Of a stretch of DNA of 24,000 nt, positions 1-6,965 are shown in pieces. Under the pieces are notes generated by a model. That model had not been told where the DNA came from, made no database searches, and saw nothing but the letters and a program-made list of their open reading frames with translations. Where the stretch lies: the NCBI GenBank assembly GCA_963788195.1, contig CAWBGA010000011.1, positions 33,206 through 57,205 of the forward strand. The letters are read 5' to 3'. Position numbers and translations under genes: made by a program. Source of the stretch: Nitrospirota bacterium. GTDB lineage: Bacteria > Nitrospirota > Nitrospiria > Nitrospirales > NS-4. The stretch's first letter is position 1, and each line of letters opens with the position of its first letter.

Positions 1-95
1 CGGAGGAGTCTTTGTCAAGGCGTCCTATCGGGAAGATCCGCTCCGGGTAATCGATCGCCTGGACGATGTTTCCTGGTACGTCAAGTTCGGTGGTA
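1..95 (-). CDS. Pseudouridine synthase (RsuA/RluB/RluF family) catalytic-domain fragment. It continues ORF 81-332 after a 1-nt frame change and runs off the window edge.
   Basis: The reverse strand, read one base out of frame from ORF 81-332, gives (T)TELDVPGNIVQAIDYPERIFPIGRLDKDSS. This is the RLDxxS catalytic-Asp motif of this synthase family. Confidence 0.7.
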
Positions 96-320
96 CGAGA
101 TGACTCCTACAGGTTTGTGATAAGCCAAATAGACTGTTTCGGTGGCTCGCTCCAGAAGCCGACCATCAACGCTGACCACATCGTCATCCGCCACATGGTC
201 TCCGAGCACTGCTTTCCGACCATTCACTAAGACCCGCCCCTCTTCGATCAGGCGGTCCGCGGCCCGCCGCGAGCAATATCCCCGCTCCGTGAAGAACTTA
301 TTGATACGCACTGACTTCAT
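81..320 (-). CDS. S4 RNA-binding domain, N-terminal fragment of the same pseudouridine synthase
   Basis: MKSVRINKFFTERGYCSRRAADRLIEEGRVLVNGRKA... is a typical S4-domain N-terminus of RluF/RsuA-like enzymes. The ORF stops at 81-83 right after KPVGVIS, where family members continue. ATG at 320 is the likely start; GTG at 332 is also in frame. Confidence 0.85.
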   Translation of the reverse strand: MKSVRINKFFTERGYCSRRAADRLIEEGRVLVNGRKAVLGDHVADDDVVSVDGRLLERATETVYLAYHKPVGVISYHRT

Positions 321-341
321 TCCGTAGCTCACCTTGACAGG

Positions 342-968
342 TCAATCAGACGCGGTTCGACAAGCGCCCGACTCAGCCGGCTCATCGTTGAGTTCTTCAT
401 GAACTCCACGCAGCGCTTGGGCTTCTCGTGCAGCCTCCTCACATAAATCCGGTGCCCGCTCGCGAATGAATTCGATCCACCGGTCGAGCTTAATATAAAA
501 GAAGTCATAGGCTTCCTGAGCAGCGCAAGTCCCGCGAAACCAGAATTCGACAAAGTCATCGTGACTGATTCCTCGATCCTTCAATGCGCCGCAAATCTTT
601 GGGAAGAGCTCTTCAAGGTCGCCTCCCCAGTGCAGCAGTTCGTTCGGGAGGTACTCTTCGATGTACTGTCCTAGTCCCTCGCGGTCCAGTTGCGCAGACA
701 ACGGTTCAAGCAGGCTCTCCTGCACAGCCTCTTGTCCCGTGAGCACCCGGGCATATGTTCCGTACAGAGCGCATAACTGTTCAGGGGGCGCCGGCACCGT
801 TGTGCGAAGCGCCCGAATCGTGGGCTCCGGATGGGTACCTCCTACAGACGCCGGCAGTTTAAAATCCTGTTGGAGGCGACCGAATTCTTCCACAATCAAG
901 GGGATGGCCTTAGTATCGACCTCGAGGGCGATGCCTTTTAGCGAGCTCAGTCCCGGATGATCCAACAC
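342..968 (-). CDS. End of the DUF692/MNIO barrel plus a ~160-aa C-terminal extension of unknown function. It reads as a separate ORF but most likely continues 1018-1794.
   Basis: This frame stays open upstream of the GTG at 968 and reads CWIDAHSAPVPGVLWELLRRVLDHPGLSSLKGIALEVDTKAIPLIVEEF. That matches the xIDxH...VWxL...IExD C-terminal signature of DUF692 proteins. No ATG start is available. The remaining ~160 aa match no family I recognise. Confidence 0.6.
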   Translation of the reverse strand: MLDHPGLSSLKGIALEVDTKAIPLIVEEFGRLQQDFKLPASVGGTHPEPTIRALRTTVPAPPEQLCALYGTYARVLTGQEAVQESLLEPLSAQLDREGLGQYIEEYLPNELLHWGGDLEELFPKICGALKDRGISHDDFVEFWFRGTCAAQEAYDFFYIKLDRWIEFIRERAPDLCEEAAREAQALRGVHEELNDEPAESGACRTASD

Positions 969-1017
969 GCGACGCAGCAGCTCCCAAAGAACACCTGGAA
1001 CCGGCGCGCTGTGCGCA

Positions 1018-1794
1018 TCAATCCAACAGGCTCTGGATCCGCACTGCGGCCATGTCGTCCGAGCCCAGGCCGGCCAAATGAATTTGGATCACGCGATGCA
1101 GAGGGAACTCGTCCAGAAACGCGTCCGTAAAGGATTCGATGCTGTCAAAACGACTGTGCTCGCGATACCGCCATACCGTCCACAGATGTCCTATATCGAG
1201 GACAAATCCGCACGGCGCCGCCTCGGCAATGTACGCAAAAAATGCGGCGGGCGACAAGTCCCCGAAAGCTACATAGGTGAGCGGCGGGAGCTCAAGCAGC
1301 AGCAGCGGAGCGTCGTCAAACCCTGGCCTGCCTGTGGATTGTTGCAAGACCTCCTGGCACGCCGCCGCATTCGCGGCCGTCGCTTCGGCAGCCGCAATCG
1401 TGAAGAGCGGCGGCAGATAGGTTCCAAACGAGTATCCTGCGAACTGTTTGCTGGCGCATTCATGATTCACCCACGCGGCACCGATGATCTGTGCATGCCG
1501 CGCCATGCGGCGAGTTTGCTCAATCCACGGATAGCGCGTCCGCATTTCTGGATCGATGAGCCACACGCCTTCCGCATGATAGGCCATGGCGGCTTCTGGA
1601 AGGGCTCGACGAATACGAGCCAGCTCGGTGGACGGCGCCTTGAAGATTTCCAGATATTCTGGTGTGAGACCCGCGTGCCCCAGAACGCCGCACAGCTCCA
1701 CCAGGTCAGGGCTGTAGACATCGACGGAAAGACCGATACCATGCACTGGAACGCGCGCGGCCCGGGCGTAAAACTGGCGATCCCGCTGTTGCAT
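1018..1794 (-). CDS. DUF692 / MbnB-TglH-like multinuclear non-haem iron oxidase (MNIO), first ~258 aa
   Basis: Ordered landmarks of the DUF692 TIM barrel are present: VHGIGLSVD, AYHAEG, WVNHECA, LLLELPP, CGFVLDIGH and IQIHLAG. The ORF ends 15 aa after HLAG, where family members continue with the DxH motif; that motif is found in the adjacent frame. Confidence 0.75.
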   Translation of the reverse strand: MQQRDRQFYARAARVPVHGIGLSVDVYSPDLVELCGVLGHAGLTPEYLEIFKAPSTELARIRRALPEAAMAYHAEGVWLIDPEMRTRYPWIEQTRRMARHAQIIGAAWVNHECASKQFAGYSFGTYLPPLFTIAAAEATAANAAACQEVLQQSTGRPGFDDAPLLLLELPPLTYVAFGDLSPAAFFAYIAEAAPCGFVLDIGHLWTVWRYREHSRFDSIESFTDAFLDEFPLHRVIQIHLAGLGSDDMAAVRIQSLLD

Positions 1795-1800
1795 GGATGA

Positions 1801-1956
1801 TTAGGTGAAGAGCAGCTCGCTGAACTCCGACATAAAACCGTAATACAGGGGCGCAAACACTTTCAGGCTCTCGGGACTCGTCTCCTTAAGCTTCTTGAAG
1901 AACGTCACCTGTTGGCGCGGATCCAGCTGCTCCAGGAGCTTTGACAGATTAGCCAT
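1801..1956 (-). CDS. Small ORF B, 51 aa, not in the ORF track; candidate precursor or leader peptide for the MNIO
   Basis: ATG at 1956-1954, TAA at 1803-1801. Translation: MANLSKLLEQLDPRQQVTFFKKLKETSPESLKVFAPLYYGFMSEFSELLFT. Third codon positions are strongly G/C-biased, like neighbouring genes. It ends 6 nt before the MNIO ATG, and its start overlaps the stop of ORF A (ATGGCTAA). Confidence 0.5.
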   Translation of the reverse strand: MANLSKLLEQLDPRQQVTFFKKLKETSPESLKVFAPLYYGFMSEFSELLFT

Positions 1957-2131
1957 GGAGTAACGCGCCTGAAGGAATGCTCAAAACGTAATGCACCAAG
2001 CGTTCAGTGAACTGTTCAGCCACGTAGGGACTGCTGATGAGGCCCTCGGGGATTTTTCCCGAGGCCAACATTTCATGAAAAGGAATCGCTTGAGCTGCAA
2101 ATGGAGTGGAGGCGAGATGCGAGTCCGACAT
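1949..2131 (-). CDS. Small ORF A, 60 aa, hypothetical; first gene of the small-ORF/MNIO cassette
   Basis: Tracked ORF MSDSHLASTPFAAQAIPFHEMLASGKIPEGLISSPYVAEQFTERLVHYVLSIPSGALLHG. Its composition is protein-like, whereas the overlapping frame (tail of ORF 1981-2496) is R/S/P/C/W-rich. There is no obvious SD sequence; the nearest GGAGG lies ~27 nt upstream. Confidence 0.4.
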   Translation of the reverse strand: MSDSHLASTPFAAQAIPFHEMLASGKIPEGLISSPYVAEQFTERLVHYVLSIPSGALLHG

Positions 2132-2496
2132 GCTGTTTTTGGATTGGATCGAGAGGCCTCCTTCCGTAATCTACAAGAGGGGTCGTCTACAGTCAAGGAT
2201 TCAGTCGCGCCTTCACGTGCCGCAATAGCAGCCCCGATGACGCCGGCATTGCCGCCAAGGCCGGCAAGCGCAATACGGATAGGCGCGAGCTCAGTCGTAT
2301 AGACGTATTCATTGGCGGCCGCTTCCACCAATTTCAAATACGGCTTGCCCAGCGATTCCGAGACACCTCCCCCGAGCACAAAAAGCTCGGGGCTGAGAAT
2401 ATTAAAGAGATTGGCGACCGCGATGCCGAGGTACCAGGCGGAATGTCGCACGGCCTTGATGGCTAGCTTGTCACCGCTGCTCAAAGGCCTTGGCAA
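1981..2496 (-). CDS. ROK-family sugar kinase, C-terminal fragment
   Basis: GDKLAIKAVRHSAWYLGIAVANLFNILSPELFVLGGGVSE...LGGNAGVIGAAIAAREG is the C-terminal half of ROK kinases. Only ~2209-2480 looks family-like. The ~75 codons down to 1981 look non-coding and overlap ORF A, so the true stop is uncertain. Confidence 0.8.
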   Translation of the reverse strand: MPRPLSSGDKLAIKAVRHSAWYLGIAVANLFNILSPELFVLGGGVSESLGKPYLKLVEAAANEYVYTTELAPIRIALAGLGGNAGVIGAAIAAREGATESLTVDDPSCRLRKEASRSNPKTACRTRISPPLHLQLKRFLFMKCWPREKSPRASSAVPTWLNSSLNAWCITF

Positions 2497-3178
2497 GATC
2501 TGAGCTGTTCAGACGTTGGATATTTCCGCCGCGGCTCTTCTGCAAAGACGTTTTATGTCCTTCCTTTGTCCATTTTGCAAGAAGACGTTGGATAGCCGTT
2601 TTGCTCGCCTCTAATTCCAATGTGCCGCGGCGGGGGCGCTTTTCCCGAATCGTCGCATCGAGAATAATATGGCCTATCTCACCGGCATTGCGATTAGCGC
2701 CGATCACGACTTTGCCATCCACGATCACACACCCACCGATACCTGTGCCGACCCACAGGCCGATGACGCTCTGGGCGCGCTGGGCCGCACCGGCCTTGAA
2801 CTCCCCGAAGCAGGCCATGTGCACATCATTATCGACCAGCACCGGCACCCGGTAAGCAGCCTTCAGAATAGAACCCAACGGGTAATTTTTGACGGCGAGA
2901 TTGGCTGTCCGCAGGAGAACCCCTGCGGATGGATCCAAAGGACCAGGGGCGCCCACCCCGATAGCCTTGAGGGCAGATTCAGGAATTCCGGCCTCGGCTA
3001 TCGCCTCCTTGGTGGTCGCCAAAAGCTCCTCGGTCAGCCGGGCATGGCCCGCCTTGAAGGGCGTCGGCCGTTTGCCATGGCCGATGACATTGTTTTTCGC
3101 ATCCACGACAGCTGAGAGGATCTTCGTTCCTCCGATGTCGATGCCCAAAACCAGCGGTCCCTGATAGCCGTGCGCCAT
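2471..3178 (-). CDS. ROK-family sugar kinase (glucokinase-like), N-terminal fragment
   Basis: Motifs present: LVLGIDIGGTKI (DxGGT phosphate-1), VDNDVHMACFGE, GLWVGTGIGGCVIVDGKV and NAGEIGH. The likely start is ATG at 3178 (MAHGYQGPLVLGIDIGG); the tracked ORF extends to 3295. The frame breaks at ~2476 (AKAFEQ | GDKLAIKAV). Confidence 0.85.
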   Translation of the reverse strand: MAHGYQGPLVLGIDIGGTKILSAVVDAKNNVIGHGKRPTPFKAGHARLTEELLATTKEAIAEAGIPESALKAIGVGAPGPLDPSAGVLLRTANLAVKNYPLGSILKAAYRVPVLVDNDVHMACFGEFKAGAAQRAQSVIGLWVGTGIGGCVIVDGKVVIGANRNAGEIGHIILDATIREKRPRRGTLELEASKTAIQRLLAKWTKEGHKTSLQKSRGGNIQRLNSSDLAKAFEQR

Positions 3179-3315
3179 GCGGGTGTCCTTGAAATCGAAT
3201 GTGGCTCTGACGATAGCACAGCCAGTACGAGCCATCAAACCATTGGCATTCGCGTTATTCGTTGTGTAAAATGCCGCGGCCGTTGTCCCGGACACAAAAT
3301 TTCGATGGGAGAACT

Positions 3316-4224
3316 ATGGACGGTTGTGTATTGAAGGTGCTGCTGCTGGTTCTCGCTTTGCTCAGTCCTGCCGCCGCACATGCCGCGGACTCACCGATCG
3401 CGGCGGATAATGTGGTCCTGATCGTCGTGGACGGCTTCAGGCCTGACGCGATCAGGCAGGCAAAGCTTCCGAACATCCAGGGTTTCATCAAAAGCGGCTG
3501 CTCGACGATGAAAGCGCAAACCGTCGTGCCCAGTCTCACTCTCCCCGCTGTCACCTCCATGTTGACGGGGCTTCCGGTCGAGCAGCACGGCATCACTTGG
3601 AATGAGTACGAACCGATGCGAGGCTTTCTCAAGGCCCCCACTGTCTTTGAAATCGCATCATTTGCTGTTGGAAAATTGGGGGCTGTGTTTCTCAACAAGG
3701 AAAAGCTGCTGCACGTGGCAAAGCCCGACCGCGGGCTGCTGGTGCAGGTCTGCAGCGTCACTGATCCCGCATGTAACGCTCAGAAGATCGCAGGCGATGT
3801 GATTACGGCGTACAAGACATCGACCGAAGGAAAGCCATCCATGTTTCTCATCCATCTCGCTGATCCAGACTCGGCAGGTCATGAGAAAGGTTGGATGAGC
3901 CGATCGTATCTGCAGGCGCTTGAATCCACCGACCGAGCGATCGGGACGATTGTGAAAGGCTTCCACGAGCTTGGTCTCTACAAGCGGACAGCTTTCATTA
4001 TCACCTCCGACCACGGCGGCCACGATAAGACCCACGGGACCACAAGTCATGAGGACATGACGATTCCGTGGATCGCCGCCGGACCCGGCATCAAGAGCGG
4101 CTGCGAGATAAAAAGCGCCGTGTCTCTCATGGACACAGCGGCCACGGTCATGCGCGTGCTCGGCGTGAAGGAATATTATGTGGAATGGAGCAGTCGACCT
4201 ATCGCGGAGATCTTTACGGACTGA
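3316..4224 (+). CDS. Secreted type I phosphodiesterase / nucleotide pyrophosphatase (alkaline-phosphatase superfamily, ENPP-like)
   Basis: Signal peptide MDGCVLKVLLLVLALLSPAAAHA follows GGGAGA at 3307-3312. Family motifs: VVLIVVDGFRPD, PSLTLPAVTSMLTGLPVEQHGI, DPDSAGHEKG and ITSDHGGH. Confidence 0.8.
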   Translation: MDGCVLKVLLLVLALLSPAAAHAADSPIAADNVVLIVVDGFRPDAIRQAKLPNIQGFIKSGCSTMKAQTVVPSLTLPAVTSMLTGLPVEQHGITWNEYEPMRGFLKAPTVFEIASFAVGKLGAVFLNKEKLLHVAKPDRGLLVQVCSVTDPACNAQKIAGDVITAYKTSTEGKPSMFLIHLADPDSAGHEKGWMSRSYLQALESTDRAIGTIVKGFHELGLYKRTAFIITSDHGGHDKTHGTTSHEDMTIPWIAAGPGIKSGCEIKSAVSLMDTAATVMRVLGVKEYYVEWSSRPIAEIFTD

Positions 4225-4238
4225 TGCAGCGGAAGGAT

Positions 4239-5132
4239 TTAGTCGATGATGAACTTGAGAGGGTCCATGCCGGCGCCGCGATGTTCGACTTCATAATGGA
4301 GATGCGGACCGGTAGACAGACCGGTGCTACCAACCCAGCCGATCACATCACCACGTTTGACCGTTTGCCCGTCCTTCACCTTCAACTTCGCCAGATGACC
4401 GTAGGTCGTTTTGATGCCGTATCCGTGGGACACAATGATGGCATTTCCGAGCCCCGCTTCAAACTGAGCGAGGACCACAGTGCCGGCAGCGGAGGCTATA
4501 ACCGGTGTGTGCATCGGGGCTGAGATATCGATGCCGCCGTGCATCGTGTCCCTGCCGGTAAATGGAGAGATCCTGCGACCAAACCTCGAGGAAATCCAGC
4601 CGTGAACAGGCCAGATCGAAGGCGTGGCGGCCCACTGGGCCCGCCGGGTGTCGACAATCCCGGATAATTCCTGCATGTTCCGTTCTTGATCAACCGCCTC
4701 CAGACTGAGCCATGCAAGTTTCTCGAGTTGCCGGTCCTCCTCCTTGACAACTGCCTCGCCCTGCGGTGCAGACGAAGGGTCCGCGGCTTGCGATTCTTCT
4801 TTTCCGCCGAGTCCAGGGGGCAAGTGCCCGGATTTCGGGGGATCAAGACCCAACATCATACGGAGGCGGACATTGATTTCCTGCATCGACGAAAGCTTCT
4901 TATGAATATCCTCCATGCCGTTAGACAACGCCGTCGCCTGCGCGCGGTGTTCAATCGCTTCGGCCCGAAGGCTTTGCAACTCCCACAGCTCCGTACTACG
5001 AATGACGTACTGTACAAGGAAGCCCAATTCCAGAACAGCAGCGACGAGGCTCGAAAGCAACAAGATCGTGACCGTCCGGCGCTTGATGGAAAAACGCCGC
5101 GGCGCTGGAGCTGACGCTCGGGAAGACGACAA
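4239..5132 (-). CDS. Membrane-anchored M23 (LytM-type) peptidoglycan endopeptidase with coiled-coil region
   Basis: N-terminal basic stretch plus TM segment (RRTVTILLLSSLVAAVLELGFLV). C-terminal M23 motifs HGGIDISAP...GNAIIVSHGYGIKTTYGHL...GSTGLSTGPHLHYEV. The start is TTG at 5132 with no clear SD, so the N-terminus is uncertain. Confidence 0.85.
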   Translation of the reverse strand: MSSSRASAPAPRRFSIKRRTVTILLLSSLVAAVLELGFLVQYVIRSTELWELQSLRAEAIEHRAQATALSNGMEDIHKKLSSMQEINVRLRMMLGLDPPKSGHLPPGLGGKEESQAADPSSAPQGEAVVKEEDRQLEKLAWLSLEAVDQERNMQELSGIVDTRRAQWAATPSIWPVHGWISSRFGRRISPFTGRDTMHGGIDISAPMHTPVIASAAGTVVLAQFEAGLGNAIIVSHGYGIKTTYGHLAKLKVKDGQTVKRGDVIGWVGSTGLSTGPHLHYEVEHRGAGMDPLKFIID

Positions 5133-5258
5133 TATGATATTCGGGTTGGTTCATGGGGAGGATACCGTCATTAGGAAAGTTACTACAGTATCGGACTTGA
5201 TGTCAATAATGTTTAGGTGAAATACACTAACACATTGAGAAGTCTGATGATAAGAGGC

Positions 5259-5627
5259 TCATAAACTCGTAGACTCTTCGATCCATTGAATATAGCTTGC
5301 GGAGCCTTCGACAATAGGAAGGGCGATGATCTCCGGCACGCTGTAACTGTGCAGGGCCTTCACTCGGAGAGCCAGGGCGCCAAACCTTGACCGCCGGGTC
5401 TTCACAATCAAAAGAACCTCCTCCTCTTCGGAAACTTTGTTCTCCCACCAGAACAAAGAACGCACCTGCGGCACGATGTTGACACAGGCCGCCAGTCGGT
5501 CTTCAACCAGCTTACGCGCAATCTCATCCGCCTCCTCCCGCGACGCGCTGGTGATGAGCACGAGAAGAGCTTCTCCCCCGCTGCCGACGCCTGCTTGCTC
5601 TTTCGCTGGAAACTCGTTCGGCTCCAC
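5259..5627 (-). CDS. cutA: Divalent-cation tolerance protein CutA
   Basis: ...ADEIARKLVEDRLAACVNIVPQVRSLFWWENKVSEEEEVLLIVKT...HSYSVPEIIALPIVEGSASYIQW matches the CutA1 family pattern. GTG start at 5627, preceded by GGTGGGGGA. Confidence 0.85.
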   Translation of the reverse strand: MEPNEFPAKEQAGVGSGGEALLVLITSASREEADEIARKLVEDRLAACVNIVPQVRSLFWWENKVSEEEEVLLIVKTRRSRFGALALRVKALHSYSVPEIIALPIVEGSASYIQWIEESTSL

Positions 5628-5654
5628 CTAATCCCCCACCTGTTTTTCACGCCG

Positions 5655-5684
5655 TTGACAGCCCGAAGAAAGCGGGCTTACTAT
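5655..5684 (+). promoter_or_regulatory. Sigma70-type promoter for the rhodanese gene
   Basis: TTGACA at 5655-5660, an 18-nt spacer, TACTAT at 5679-5684. AAGGAGG at 5693-5699 lies 10 nt before the ATG at 5710. Confidence 0.55.
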
Positions 5685-5709
5685 GGTATGAGAAGGAGGC
5701 ACGCTGGTT

Positions 5710-6030
5710 ATGGGCTTTACAATCACTGTCCAGGAATTAAAACAGAAATTGGATCGAAGCGAAACGCTGACTCTGATCGATGTCCGTGAGCCATGGGAGT
5801 ATAACATCGCCAAGATCGACAGCTCTCAGCTTATTCCGCTCGGTAGTTTAGGGACAGAATACAAGAAGCTGGATCCGAACGCAGAGATCGTGGTCCTCTG
5901 CCACATGGGAATGCGCAGTATGGACGCCACGCAGTTTCTGCATCAGCAAGGTTTTAAGAATGTCAAGAACCTCACCGGCGGCATCAATGCCTGGTCCATG
6001 TTGATTGACCCATCGGTGCCGAAGTATTGA
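5710..6030 (+). CDS. Single-domain rhodanese-like sulfurtransferase
   Basis: LIDVREPWEYN...VVLCHMGMRS...NLTGGINAW, with the active-site loop CHMGMRS (C-X5-R). Confidence 0.85.
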   Translation: MGFTITVQELKQKLDRSETLTLIDVREPWEYNIAKIDSSQLIPLGSLGTEYKKLDPNAEIVVLCHMGMRSMDATQFLHQQGFKNVKNLTGGINAWSMLIDPSVPKY

Positions 6031-6034
6031 CTCC

Positions 6035-6965
6035 TTAAAGGGCCTCGGTTTTCTGGCGGTAATACTCTACCGTCCGCGCTAATCCGTCTTCGCAGCGAAA
6101 CCTTGCTCTCCCAGTCAAATTCTCGATGAAGCCGGCTGGAATCCAGAGCAATCCGTAATTGTTCCCCTTTTTTTGCCGGTCCATGAACTTCCCGCACTTT
6201 GGGGTTGATCATTTTCGCAAGTATGCGGAAAAGCTCGTTGACGCTTGTCTCCTGGCCTGTCCCAACGTTGTAGATCCCGCGGGCGGTTTTGGTGAGGGCT
6301 GCCAAGTTGGCCTCTACCACGTCATCAACGTTCACAAAATCGCGCGTCTGCCGTCCGTTGCCATTGATAATTGGCTGATCGCCGGTCAGCATCTTCTGCG
6401 TAAAGATGCCAACCACGCCTGCCTCGCCGTTTGGATCCTGGCGCGGGCCGTACACATTCGCATACCGAAGACTCACATACTGCAGGCCGGCCGAGCTCGA
6501 AAAATAGCGTAAGTACTCATCGCCTACCGCCTTAGTAATGCCGTAGGGGGAGGTCGGCTTGAGCGGATGCGATTCCGCAACCGGTATCTTTTCCGGTTCG
6601 CCGTAGACAGCTCCTCCTGAAGAGGCAAAAATCACTTTACGGACCCCATATTTCACAGAGTTTTGCAGGACGTTGAGCATGCCCAGGATGTTGATCTCGG
6701 CATCAACCATGGGGTCAGTCACCGAGCGGCGAACATTGATCTGCGCGGCGTGGTGACTGACGAGCGCGGGTCGCTCACGGCGAAACACGCGCTCGAGCCA
6801 GCGCCCACGAATGTCGGCCTTGTAGAATCGCGCCCCTCGGTTCAGATTCTTGCGGCTCCCCGTAGACAAGTCATCGACGACGATCACCTCATAGCCTTCT
6901 AACAATAGACGATCAACGATATGCGATCCGATAAAACCGGCGCCCCCGGTCACGAGAATTTTCAT
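6035..6965 (-). CDS. NAD-dependent sugar-nucleotide epimerase/dehydratase (GalE-like). The 3' end is reconstructed across a 1-nt frame change at ~6082.
   Basis: MKILVTGGAGFIGSH (Rossmann fold) and YGITKAVGDEY (YxxxK). As read, the ORF runs to 5943 and overlaps the rhodanese gene. Skipping C6082 gives KVSL-EDGLARTVEYYRQKTEAL*, a canonical family C-terminus with TAA at 6037-6035. Confidence 0.85.

Noticed and set aside
1078-1800. 240-aa plus-strand ORF covering the whole MNIO gene
   Set aside because: This is a shadow ORF. Its translation is R/G/P-rich with no family motifs, while the opposite strand carries the ordered DUF692 landmarks. The same reasoning rejects 1467-1856 (-) and 1269-1463 (-).
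1795-1803. Stop-codon read-through fusing the 51-aa ORF to the MNIO (same frame, TAA plus two codons)
   Set aside because: Being in the same frame happens by chance one time in three. The MNIO already has a normal-length N-terminus before the GIGL motif. The errors seen elsewhere in this window are indels, not substitutions.
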